The notes: a model not told the origin generated them from the letters alone. DNA of 33,548 nucleotides from Deltaproteobacteria bacterium (GCA_030654105.1 JAURYC010000137.1:1-33548); one strand, 5' to 3'; positions 1-8,437 are shown, numbered from the stretch's first letter. Program-made: numbers and translations.

Positions 1-37
1 TGGAAAACAGCGGCCCAACGGCTCGAACGATTTTGTT

Positions 38-125
38 CGGCCGCGCGAATCAGCGCGCGGTCGGACAAATCGGGCGAGGCGCTCCGCGCAACTCGCCGTT
101 CGGGCGCGCGCAGCGCGACGCGAAC
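38..125. repeat. Three consecutive GC-rich hairpins in a compositionally atypical segment at the left window edge
   Basis: Stems at 38-47/54-63 (CGGCCGCGCG...CGCGCGGTCG), 73-82/86-97 (GGCGAGGCGC...GCGCAACTCGCC) and 98-102/121-125 (GTTCG...CGAAC). An abrupt switch to very AT-rich sequence follows at about 126. Confidence 0.7.
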
Positions 126-468
126 AATTATTATACTGGATCGGGTTATTCCTTCGATTTATGGTTAATGATATTATATTTTAACCAAAAAAACAAATAG
201 TTATGAAGGAAAATCTTATTGACTGCCGTAATTGATCCGTAATTATACAGAATCCGTATATTATAGGCAGGACCTTATGTGAGTCTGCTTTCACGAAAGC
301 TATACCCATGTCAGGCGGGACATGACGACAGCACCGAAAAGCCCACTTGATCTCCTCCGGGAAGGATCACCCAAATCCATTTTTTTCTGCCCCTATTTCT
401 GCCTCCTGGGATGAGAGGTATGACCGGGCGTGAGCCGGGTGAGGGGGCGAATCTGACAAATCCCAATC

Positions 469-1662
469 CTACCAGCGGGCTTTCGGCTTGTGCCAGGGAT
501 TTTTCCGGGCTACTTCTTCCCTAAGCTCCGTTCCCCAGCCCGGCCCCGTTGGAATCTTCATGTAACCATCCTTAATCTCCGGCAGATGGGTAACGAGTTC
601 CTCCCTCAGCGGAACGTCATCGACATCAATCTCCAGGATCCGGACATTGGGCAGCACGGCACAGAGGCTCGCGCTGATGAACGTCGATAGATGACTGTAA
701 TAGTTATGGGGCGCGACGTTGAACTCAAAGATCTGGGCGAGGTCGCCGACTTTCTTGGACTGACTAAAACCCATCCAGGCGGCATCCACCATGAAAACAT
801 CGGCACATCGTGCCTGGAAATAGGGAAGATAGTCCTGCATGTAGATCTGGTTCTCGCCGGTGCATATCTTCGTGCTCGTCGAGTCCTTGATCTGCCGGAG
901 GGCTTCCGGATGGTACATGTCTATCTCCAGCCAGAGCAGGTTATAGGGCTCCAGGTTCTTAGCGATACGCATGCAACTCTCGGGCTTAAAGTTGAAATTC
1001 AGGTCGAGGCAGATGTCCACCTCCGGTCCCACCGCCTCCCGGAATGTACCGATCAGGGTCTCAATATGCTTCAGCATGCTGTTGGACGCCACCTGATCCG
1101 TGGATTCAGCCCGGCCCAAGCCTCCTCCAAAGCCGTCGAAATGCACGCGGGCAGGATCTCCCGGGAAGACGATGTTGGTCTTGAGAGCGGTATAGCCCCT
1201 GCGGACAACTTCCTTCCCAAGCTCCGCAATATCGCCCATGGTCCTTATGGGGGGAGTTCCCATTTCAGGATACAGCGCCCTCGTCGTGCCGCAATGAGAC
1301 CAGTATAATCTTACTTTGTCCCGGGTAGGACCGCCGAACAACTCCACCACCGATATGCCCAGAGCCCTGGCCTTGATGTCCAGGAGCGCGAGCTCGACAC
1401 CGGCGATGGCCTTGGCGCGGATTCCCAGCGGTTCGGCAATCGCACGGCGCGACATGTCCCAGAATCTCATCTCGTAGGCCCTCGGGTCTGTGCCAATGAT
1501 GACAGGCTTCAGGTCCTCTATGGCGCCTGCCATGGCAAAAGGGCTCCGGGAAACACTGCATTCACCATAGCCGGTAATACCCTCGTCCGTCTCGACCTTG
1601 ACGAAAATCCAGGGTCGCCAGCCTGCATCCACGATGAAGCTTTCCACGTTGGTGATCTTCAT
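469..1662 (-). CDS. Enolase-superfamily (mandelate racemase/muconate lactonizing enzyme family) acid-sugar dehydratase-like protein
   Basis: 397-aa ORF. The N-terminal capping-domain pattern MKITNVESFIV...VKVETDEGITGYGEC is typical of galactonate/mannonate-dehydratase-like members. Acidic metal-ligand contexts lie in the barrel (CLDLNFNF, LWLEID, TGENQ). SD-like GGGAGGAAAG sits just upstream of the ATG at 1662. Confidence 0.8.
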   Translation of the reverse strand: MKITNVESFIVDAGWRPWIFVKVETDEGITGYGECSVSRSPFAMAGAIEDLKPVIIGTDPRAYEMRFWDMSRRAIAEPLGIRAKAIAGVELALLDIKARALGISVVELFGGPTRDKVRLYWSHCGTTRALYPEMGTPPIRTMGDIAELGKEVVRRGYTALKTNIVFPGDPARVHFDGFGGGLGRAESTDQVASNSMLKHIETLIGTFREAVGPEVDICLDLNFNFKPESCMRIAKNLEPYNLLWLEIDMYHPEALRQIKDSTSTKICTGENQIYMQDYLPYFQARCADVFMVDAAWMGFSQSKKVGDLAQIFEFNVAPHNYYSHLSTFISASLCAVLPNVRILEIDVDDVPLREELVTHLPEIKDGYMKIPTGPGWGTELREEVARKNPWHKPKARW

Positions 1663-1744
1663 TTTCTTTCCTCCCTGGGCGAAAAATTCTCCAGCTATGT
1701 TAGTTGGACCTTTCGGGCTTCGACTTGCGGATTTTCTTAAAAGA

Positions 1745-2740
1745 CTAATATCCCTTCTGCTTATCCACCGCGTGCAAAAATTTCTTCCCTGCCAGATAAC
1801 GCCTTAGGTTCTCGCAGAACACCTCCGTCGCCCGCAAATCATAATCCGGCATTTCTCCGGAAACATGGGGGCTGAAGATTACATTGGGAAGGGTCCAGAA
1901 CTTACTTTCCGGCGGCAGCGGTTCGGCAACGAAAACATCCAGGCCGGCTCCGGCGATCCATTTCTCTTCCAGGGCGCGGATGAGCGCTTCTTCGTCCACG
2001 ATGGCCCCGCGGGCCACGTTGATCAGGAAGGCCTCCGGTTTCATGGCTCGCAACTCCTTCTCTCCGATCATTCCTTTTGTTTCGGCGGTCAAAGGAAGGG
2101 TGAGAACCACGAAGTCGCTCTCCGCAAGCAGCTGCGGCAACTGCTCCCGGGGATATAAAGCATCCACATACCGGCTCTGCCCCGTCTTTTTGGCCGACCG
2201 GCGGGTACCGATGACCCGCATGCCGAAGGCTTTGGCAAGACGGGCGACCTCCCGCCCGATGCTACCCAGGCCTACAATCCCTATGGTTTTGGAGTGCAAT
2301 ATCTGGGGGGTAAAACGTTTCCAGCGCTTTTCCTGTTTCTGTCGAAAACACTCCGGGGCCTGCTTCACGATCATGAGCATCTGCTCCAGGACGAACTCAC
2401 TGATCGGTATGGCATGGAGGCCGCTGACGCAGGTTACGGCTATCGGGCTCCGCAGAATATCCTCCGGCAGGCGGTCCACGCCGGCGGACATCACCTGGAG
2501 CCATTTCAGCCTGGGGGTCCGGGCCAGGAAATTTCTGGGCAGATGGTGGATCCATCCATAGAGGACTTCCGCCTGGGCCAGGCGAGAATCCAGTTGCTCT
2601 TTGGCAGAAGTATCTCCCTTTCTTTCACCGACGATCATGGCTGAAACACTTTCCACTTTGATTTTGTCGCTGACAGCGGCCATGCGCTTCAGCAAGGCCT
2701 CATCGATCGGGGTCGTCACAACGACATCTACCGCCTGCAT
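1745..2740 (-). CDS. D-isomer-specific 2-hydroxyacid dehydrogenase (NAD-binding; glyoxylate/hydroxypyruvate reductase or PGDH-like)
   Basis: Rossmann motif GIVGLGSIGREVARLAKAFGMRVIG, plus ARGAIVDEEAL, GAGLDVFVAEPLP and PHVSG catalytic-His context. Start placed at ATG 2740 (MQAVDVVV...) because AGGAAGG lies 6 nt upstream. The longer track ORF (to 2803) begins inside a promoter-like -35 element. Confidence 0.85.
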   Translation of the reverse strand: MQAVDVVVTTPIDEALLKRMAAVSDKIKVESVSAMIVGERKGDTSAKEQLDSRLAQAEVLYGWIHHLPRNFLARTPRLKWLQVMSAGVDRLPEDILRSPIAVTCVSGLHAIPISEFVLEQMLMIVKQAPECFRQKQEKRWKRFTPQILHSKTIGIVGLGSIGREVARLAKAFGMRVIGTRRSAKKTGQSRYVDALYPREQLPQLLAESDFVVLTLPLTAETKGMIGEKELRAMKPEAFLINVARGAIVDEEALIRALEEKWIAGAGLDVFVAEPLPPESKFWTLPNVIFSPHVSGEMPDYDLRATEVFCENLRRYLAGKKFLHAVDKQKGY

Positions 2741-2774
2741 GGGCACCTTCCTTTCATTGGTTCTGTAAGCAGGA

Positions 2775-2803
2775 AGTATAATGGCGCCTGATCCACTTGT
2801 CAA
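2775..2803 (-). promoter_or_regulatory. Sigma70-like promoter for the 2-hydroxyacid dehydrogenase gene
   Basis: Minus strand reads TTGACA (2803-2798), a 17-nt spacer, then TATACT (2780-2775), about 35 nt upstream of ATG 2740. Sequence match only. Confidence 0.5.
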
Positions 2804-2907
2804 GGAAATGGGGGAGCGGGAATGAGGGATGGGGTGAGGTCATAGAAGCTTGCCCAGTTTATCAGCCACACCGTACTCCTCTAAGAGCCAATGGCGACAC
2901 GGCAACC

Positions 2908-3696
2908 TTACCGGCCCTTCCATTTCGGCTCGCGCTTCTGCAAGAAAGCAGAGATTCCCTCTTTTAAATCTTCACATTGGGTATTCAAGGTAAGCTGTGA
3001 CTTGAGGTACTCGAGGGCCGCACTGAACTCCATGTCGGCAATGGCGTAGAAAGACTCTTTGCCGAGCCCCATCACTGCCGGGCTGAAGGAGGCGAGTTTT
3101 TTGGCCATCTCTTCCACTCGGTGCTTATATGCGGCCTTGGAGACGCAGTCATTGATCATTCCGATCCGCTCCGCCTCGGCCGCAGGGATCCGGCCACCGG
3201 TCATGCAGAGTTCGAGGGCCTTCTTCCGGCCCACATTCCGGATCAGCACAGCCGTGACAATATAAGGCCAGAGGCCCCGCTGAATTTCCGGCAAGCCGAA
3301 CTGGGAGTCGTCGCTGGCGATAACCAGGTCAGCAGAAAGACAAAGCCCTAGCCCACCAGCCAGGCAGTAACCTTCCACGGCGGCCAGGATCGGTTTCTGG
3401 CAGCGATTCATCTTGAGCAGGAGACGCGCAAAATTGCCCCTTTCCTCGTGCTGGTCAAGGAAGGATTTATCCGCTGAGAAGCTCCCGGCCAGGTCCGCGC
3501 CCGCGCAGAAGGCTTTTCCTCCAGCCCCTGTGATCACGATGGCTCCGACCTCGCTGTCCTTCACTCCCTGGTCGATCATCGAACTCAGGCCGGAAATGAC
3601 GTTAGCATTCAGGGAATTCCGCGCCTCGGGGCGGTTGATGGTTATTGTGGCTACCCGATCCCTGCCCTCCCAGAGCACTTCATCGGTGTGGCTCAT
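2908..3696 (-). CDS. Enoyl-CoA hydratase/isomerase (crotonase superfamily)
   Basis: VATITINRPEARNSLN, ITGAGGKAFCAGADL and CLAGGLGLCLSADL are classic crotonase oxyanion-hole segments. Start placed at ATG 3696 (MSHTDEV...) with GGAGAGGAGGAAAC upstream. The longer track ORF (to 3771) overlaps the upstream gene. Confidence 0.88.
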   Translation of the reverse strand: MSHTDEVLWEGRDRVATITINRPEARNSLNANVISGLSSMIDQGVKDSEVGAIVITGAGGKAFCAGADLAGSFSADKSFLDQHEERGNFARLLLKMNRCQKPILAAVEGYCLAGGLGLCLSADLVIASDDSQFGLPEIQRGLWPYIVTAVLIRNVGRKKALELCMTGGRIPAAEAERIGMINDCVSKAAYKHRVEEMAKKLASFSPAVMGLGKESFYAIADMEFSAALEYLKSQLTLNTQCEDLKEGISAFLQKREPKWKGR

Positions 3697-3721
3697 CTTC
3701 GTTTCCTCCTCTCCATTTATC

Positions 3722-4597
3722 TCAACGGGCGCGTATGCCCAGGATTTCCCTCGCCTCGGACGGGCTGGCAACCTCGCGGCCCACCTCCCGCGCGATCTTC
3801 ACCAATGTTTCCACTAACTGGCCATTCGTTGTGGCCTTTTCCCCGCTGGGCAAATAAAAGGTATCCTCAAGGCCGGTTCGGGCGTTTCCTCCGAGCTCCA
3901 GGCAGCGGCGGTGCAGCGGCCATATCTCTTCCCGCCCTACGGCGATTACCTGCCAGTGGCTGCCGGGAGGCATTTCTTCGATTAAAAGCGGCAGCCACTC
4001 TGGCTTTGCCGGCATTCCGCTGGCCACCCCCATCACCAGAGAGATGTGAGCCGGGCCAGCGAACATTCTGTTCTCTTTGTACAAGCCCACGCTGCGGACA
4101 ATTCCGGTATCGAAACACTCGAACTCCGGGACAATGTGCTTGGCCATCATCACTCCCAGAAATCTCTGGACCTTTTCCACAGGGTTGTCGAAAAGCATGG
4201 GAGGCCAGGCCCACTGCCCGTCTTGGCGAATTTTCAAGTAGTTGAGGGATCCCGCATTGCAGGCGGCCATCTCCGGCTTGAACTGCTCGAGACAGGCCAG
4301 AGGCCCTGAAATGTCTGGCCCTGGCACGCCCGTGCTCATATTGATCATGAGCTCCGGAACCCGCTCTTTGATTGCCGCAAGAATCTTCCCCACCGCTTCC
4401 AAATCCCAGGTGGGGAGATGCCCCTTCCCAGGAGTTTGATTGCGGAAATGGCAATGGACGACCGTGGCCCCGGCATGGAAGGCCTGTTGAGCGTGATCAG
4501 CCATCTCTTCTGGGGTCACCGGGACATGGTGAGCCAAGGGATCAGTCAGCACACCGGTTAAAGCACAGGTAATGACAGCTTTTTGCTTCGGGTTCAT
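3722..4597 (-). CDS. BKACE family enzyme (DUF849; 3-keto-5-aminohexanoate cleavage enzyme-like beta-keto acid cleavage enzyme)
   Basis: N-terminus KAVITCALTGVLTDP...VPVTPEEMADHAQQAFHAGATVVHCHFRN, followed by INMSTG and ...MAACNAGSLNY, matches the TIM-barrel BKACE pattern with its Zn-ligand His-x-His context. Start at ATG 4597 with AGGGAGGGGGAA upstream. Confidence 0.8.
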   Translation of the reverse strand: MNPKQKAVITCALTGVLTDPLAHHVPVTPEEMADHAQQAFHAGATVVHCHFRNQTPGKGHLPTWDLEAVGKILAAIKERVPELMINMSTGVPGPDISGPLACLEQFKPEMAACNAGSLNYLKIRQDGQWAWPPMLFDNPVEKVQRFLGVMMAKHIVPEFECFDTGIVRSVGLYKENRMFAGPAHISLVMGVASGMPAKPEWLPLLIEEMPPGSHWQVIAVGREEIWPLHRRCLELGGNARTGLEDTFYLPSGEKATTNGQLVETLVKIAREVGREVASPSEAREILGIRAR

Positions 4598-4631
4598 TTC
4601 CCCCTCCCTAGGCCCCCTCACCCTTCCTCGT

Positions 4632-6188
4632 TCAGGTCGGCGGTGTCCCGTGGAATTTCGCCCTTCGTGGCAACTTTTCCCGCTTGTTTTTGGTGATCTT
4701 AAGAGCTTCGATGATTTTTATGCGTGTATCTTTTGGCTCAATGATTTCATCCACCACCTGCGCGGTCCAGCTTTTGGCCGCGGCGAAAACATCCACCTTT
4801 TCCCGGGAGCGGTTTAGGTAGCCTTCCTTGGCATCTTCTTCGCTTCCCTGTCCATCGGCCTGACGCCAATCGAAGGTAGATGCCTGGACCGCAAGCCTAA
4901 CAATCGGCCAGGCGTAGCACAAATCTACCCCCAACCCTTTCACTCCCCCCATAATCAGGCTGCCAGCATCGGCGTAGGCTTCCCTCAAGATCACACTGAT
5001 CTTCGGAATTGTGGCCGTAGCGTAAGTATCGAGTATTTTTCCAAAGTGGCGAAGCAGCCCCTTTCCTTCCTGATCTTCTCCGGGTACGAGGGGGGGGGTA
5101 TCCACAAGATTCACCAGGGGAATATTATAGGCATCCAGCACCTGAAGAAAGCGATAATACTTATCGCAGGAATCAATGTTCATAATACTCCCAGGCTCTT
5201 GGGGGTTATTGGCCACTAGCCCAACAGCTTCCCCGTCAAATCGAACAAAACAAGTGAGGAGATAGGGGGCGTAGGTCTCTTTAATTTCAAAATATTCCCC
5301 ATCGTCAACCAGCACCTTAATGACCTCGTGCATGTCATAGGTAAGATCATATTGATCGGATACAATATTGAAGAGACTTTCTACCTCGCGCTCCGGACTA
5401 TCCGTTGGCTTCTTACTTGGAGGGTTTTCTCGGTAGTTGGAGGGTAGATAGCTTAAAAGCTGGCGGGCTTTTTTAATCGTCTCTTGATCGTCGCTCCCCA
5501 CCACATCACAGGTGCCGCTGTAGGCCATATGGTAGTCCGCGCCTCCAACCTCCCTTCCGATCTTCTCCGAGGTCGCCGCTTCGGTCATTCTGGGGCCACC
5601 CAGCCAAAGGTTAGCCGAGACTCTGCTCATGAGCAGAAAATCACAAAGGGCAGGAGCATACGCCTGGCCAGCAATACAGGGTCCCATCAAAACATTGATC
5701 TGAGGGATTAAACCCGAATACCGGGACTCGAGGGCAAAGTACCAGTCCAATCCTCCGGTGGGGACATCCCGATAACCCAACCGCCCTCCGGAAGAATCCA
5801 ATAGCCAGACCATGGGGATTCCCCATCGGGCAGCCAGGTGAATCAACTGGGCACACTTTTGTAAATGCTGGATCCCAATGGACCCTCCGTACACAGTAAA
5901 GTCACTGGCGTAGACAGCCACGATCCGGCCATCGATCCGGGCCGTCCCGATGATGGCACCGTCGCAGGGAGCCTCGGATTTCTTGCCATCAATCCTGGTT
6001 CCGGTCGTCCCCACGCAGGAACCGAGTTCCTGAAAAGTGCCCCGGTCAATGAGGTAATCAATCCTTTCCCGGGCAGTCATTTTGCCCCGGCTGTGCTGCC
6101 TCTCGATCTGTTCCAGACCTCCACCTAACAGGTTCTTTTGGTGAAGCTCCTGGAGCCTTTTGATGGCTTCATTCATGCGCTCACCCAT
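4632..6188 (-). CDS. Acyl-CoA carboxylase carboxyltransferase subunit, paralog B (PccB/AccD/12S-type)
   Basis: 518 aa, two crotonase-fold halves. N-domain: DFTVYGGSIG...WLLDSSGGRL. C-domain: VGLVANNP, DTPPLVPG, RHFGKIL. The C-domain oxyanion-region motif is diverged (REAYADAGSLIMG). It lies 21 nt downstream of paralog A. Confidence 0.85.
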   Translation of the reverse strand: MGERMNEAIKRLQELHQKNLLGGGLEQIERQHSRGKMTARERIDYLIDRGTFQELGSCVGTTGTRIDGKKSEAPCDGAIIGTARIDGRIVAVYASDFTVYGGSIGIQHLQKCAQLIHLAARWGIPMVWLLDSSGGRLGYRDVPTGGLDWYFALESRYSGLIPQINVLMGPCIAGQAYAPALCDFLLMSRVSANLWLGGPRMTEAATSEKIGREVGGADYHMAYSGTCDVVGSDDQETIKKARQLLSYLPSNYRENPPSKKPTDSPEREVESLFNIVSDQYDLTYDMHEVIKVLVDDGEYFEIKETYAPYLLTCFVRFDGEAVGLVANNPQEPGSIMNIDSCDKYYRFLQVLDAYNIPLVNLVDTPPLVPGEDQEGKGLLRHFGKILDTYATATIPKISVILREAYADAGSLIMGGVKGLGVDLCYAWPIVRLAVQASTFDWRQADGQGSEEDAKEGYLNRSREKVDVFAAAKSWTAQVVDEIIEPKDTRIKIIEALKITKNKREKLPRRAKFHGTPPT

Positions 6189-6209
6189 CTTTGCACCTCT
6201 CGAGAAAGT

Positions 6210-7760
6210 TCAGGCGGGTTTGATCGAACGTTTCCTGTCGGGTAATTCCTCGCGCTTGTTGACCAGTGCCCTGAGGGCTTTGATAATTCTGGGGCGAGTA
6301 TCCCGCGGGTCAATCACTTCGTGGACGGTATAATAAGTCGTCCAGAACTTGCCCAAGGTCAGGACACTGAACTGTTCTTTCAGGATGTTCAACAGGAAGT
6401 TATAAACCTGTTCGTATCTCCCTTCCTCTTTGGCCTTGGCCAGCTCTTTATGAAAGACAGCATGGATCACCGTCTCAGGCCCGGTGGGGGCAAATTCCGT
6501 CGTCGGCCACCCATATATGAAATCGGGGAACATGGCGGAACAACCCATCACAATGTTCGCTCCACCATAGGAGCGTCTCAAAACAACCGTAATCTTAGGG
6601 CAAGTGATGTTGGCATAGGAATGTAATAATTTTGCTCCATGACGGATCACCCCCAATCTTTCCCATTTGTCGCCGGGCGGAAAAGCAGTGGTGTCCACCA
6701 AATTAATCTGGGGAATATTGAAAGCGTCCAGGAAATTCATAAAACGGTCGTATTTGTCTGAGGAATCCGGTTCAAGAATCCCGCTCAATTCATCCGGATT
6801 ATTGGCCACAAGCCCGCAGACCTGATTGCCAAAGCGGCAGAAACCAGTAACCAGATGGTTGGCAAAGTTTTGCTTCAGTTCAAAAAATTCTCCGTTGTCC
6901 ACCACACGTGCGATAATCTCATGGATGTCGTAGGTAAGCCGGGGATCGTCGGGCATGATATCCAGCAGATCTTCTTCTCTTCTTTCCGGGTTATCGCCCA
7001 TCTCCACTACCGGTGGCTTTTCCCAGCAGTTCTGGGGAAGGAAGCTCAAAAGCTTTTTGGCCTGGGCGATGGCATCTTCATCGCTTGCGGCGATCAGGTC
7101 ACACTGGCCGCTTTTTTCCATATGGAACTCGGCTGTCCCGGCATCATCAGAGTGCTTATCTCCACCCAACCAGAGAAACCCGGTCTGGCGATGGATAATC
7201 GAAAAATCCGATAGTACAGGCACAACCGCAGATACTCCTATACAGGGCCCTAAAACAAGCGAAATTCTGGGGACAATCCCGGAGATCAGGGAATAATTAC
7301 GGAAAAACTGGGCAAGTCCGTTGAGGCCGATGTCTCCTCCCTTGAAGCTGAGCCTTTCTCCAGCCGAATCGATGATTCCAATCAGGGGCATCTGCATCTG
7401 CCCGGCCATCCGAGCCAGATCAGCCAATTTCCAGGCTGCCTGATCGCCCAATGAGCCTGACATGACCGTAAAGTCCACTGAATACAGGATCACCGAACGG
7501 CCACTGACTCTGGCAAAACCGGTGATGATTCCATCATATGGGCTCGGCCTATCCTTGCCGTCAAAGGGTTGACGATGATCTCGGACCAGAGAGCCGATCT
7601 CTTCAAAGGTCCCCGGATCCGCAAGCTGGTTGATTCGTTCTCTGGCGGTGAGTTTCCCCAGACCCTGTTGAATCTGGGTACGCTCTTGTCCCCCCCCTTC
7701 GAGGCTTTCTTTTTGCAGTTTGGCAAATTTGGCGAGATAACCATCCATCCATTTTCCCAT
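6210..7760 (-). CDS. Acyl-CoA carboxylase carboxyltransferase subunit, paralog A (PccB/AccD/12S-type)
   Basis: 516 aa. N-domain: DFTVMSGSLG...GIIDSAGERL. C-domain: CGLVANNP, RHGAKLLHSYANITCPKITVVLRRSYGGANIVMG (canonical-looking). SD AAGGAGAGG upstream of ATG 7760. Confidence 0.85.
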   Translation of the reverse strand: MGKWMDGYLAKFAKLQKESLEGGGQERTQIQQGLGKLTARERINQLADPGTFEEIGSLVRDHRQPFDGKDRPSPYDGIITGFARVSGRSVILYSVDFTVMSGSLGDQAAWKLADLARMAGQMQMPLIGIIDSAGERLSFKGGDIGLNGLAQFFRNYSLISGIVPRISLVLGPCIGVSAVVPVLSDFSIIHRQTGFLWLGGDKHSDDAGTAEFHMEKSGQCDLIAASDEDAIAQAKKLLSFLPQNCWEKPPVVEMGDNPERREEDLLDIMPDDPRLTYDIHEIIARVVDNGEFFELKQNFANHLVTGFCRFGNQVCGLVANNPDELSGILEPDSSDKYDRFMNFLDAFNIPQINLVDTTAFPPGDKWERLGVIRHGAKLLHSYANITCPKITVVLRRSYGGANIVMGCSAMFPDFIYGWPTTEFAPTGPETVIHAVFHKELAKAKEEGRYEQVYNFLLNILKEQFSVLTLGKFWTTYYTVHEVIDPRDTRPRIIKALRALVNKREELPDRKRSIKPA

Positions 7761-7837
7761 AATTATCCTCTCCTTAATCTTTGGGAAAAACGGTTTTTTC
7801 CGGTAAGCACACTTAGAGCGGTATTAATTAAAACTAC

Positions 7838-7866
7838 TTGATCTTAAATATATTTCCTGGCATACT
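7838..7866 (+). promoter_or_regulatory. Possible sigma70-like promoter for the BCCP/biotin carboxylase genes
   Basis: TTGATC (7838-7843), a 17-nt spacer, then CATACT (7861-7866). A weaker match. It would give a leader of about 280 nt containing the 7940/8056 inverted repeat. Confidence 0.3.
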
Positions 7867-7892
7867 GACGGCTATCTTTTTTAATTCACTGT

Positions 7893-7921
7893 AATATAGA
7901 AGAATATTAATGATGTGTCAA
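7893..7921 (-). promoter_or_regulatory. Sigma70-like promoter for the carboxyltransferase operon
   Basis: Minus strand reads TTGACA (7921-7916), a 17-nt spacer, then TATATT (7898-7893). This implies a 5' UTR of about 125 nt. Sequence match only. Confidence 0.45.
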
Positions 7922-7939
7922 GGCAGATGAAGGGCTGGC

Positions 7940-8069
7940 CCACCCTCATTTTTAAAGGTTGCGTTTTCATTCCAGGTGGTACGCCGGTCCGGGCGGGAAG
8001 AGCGCCTGGCTTGGCAAAATGAGGCAGCATTCCTTCGTAAACAAAAGTGGTTCTAAAAAATGAGGGTGG
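7940..8069. repeat. Perfect 14-nt inverted repeat enclosing 102 nt in the divergent carboxylase control region
   Basis: CCACCCTCATTTTT (7940-7953) pairs with AAAAATGAGGGTGG (8056-8069). Direct copies of GATGAAGGG flank it at 7926-7934 and 8076-8084. Confidence 0.8.
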
Positions 8070-8155
8070 ACAAGGGATGAAGGGTTGATCCGTCTGGACC
8101 AAGTAAGGAAGCTGAAATCCATGTTCAAGATATCTTGAGGGAGGGGTTGAGAGAG

Positions 8156-8425
8156 ATGAGTAATCAGTCAAGTGCCACCAAAAGAGTCGAAGTGAGAGCG
8201 CCCATGTCTGGAATTTTTTATCGAAAACCCGCTCCGGATCAACCCCCTTATGTCGAAGTCGGGGATATGGTGGGGAAGAAACAAGTGCTGGCTCTTTTGG
8301 AAACGATGAAAGTTTTTCAAAAGATTAAATCCCCGGTTTCCGGAAAGATATTAGAAGTTGTCCAAGAAAATGAAGTCCCGGTAAAGGACGATGATGTATT
8401 GTTTGTGATCGATGCCCAATCGTAA
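8156..8425 (+). CDS. accB: Biotin carboxyl carrier protein (minimal single biotinyl domain)
   Basis: 89 aa from ATG 8156, with SD GAGGGAGGGG at 8137-8146 (the track ORF uses upstream TTG 8135). Biotinyl-domain pattern VLALLETMKVFQKIKSPVSGKI with a Met-Lys motif. It sits 12 nt upstream of the biotin carboxylase gene. Confidence 0.8.
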   Translation: MSNQSSATKRVEVRAPMSGIFYRKPAPDQPPYVEVGDMVGKKQVLALLETMKVFQKIKSPVSGKILEVVQENEVPVKDDDVLFVIDAQS

Positions 8426-8437
8426 GGAAGAAAATCC

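Noticed and set aside
490-7841. Many 60-225-aa ORFs on the strand opposite the large minus-strand genes, for example 691..1308, 1884..2561, 3688..4245, 3867..4454, 5865..6128, 6855..7214 and 7569..7841.
   Set aside because: They lie entirely within or antisense to genes with clear family motifs. Their composition is Arg/Pro/Gly/Ser-rich and low-complexity, with no SD and no recognisable motifs. These are typical shadow ORFs.
7881-8171. 96-aa minus-strand ORF filling the divergent carboxylase intergenic region.
   Set aside because: It runs across the inverted repeats and the accB SD and start. It has no SD, and its Pro/Phe-rich sequence has no motif. The region is better explained as regulatory DNA.
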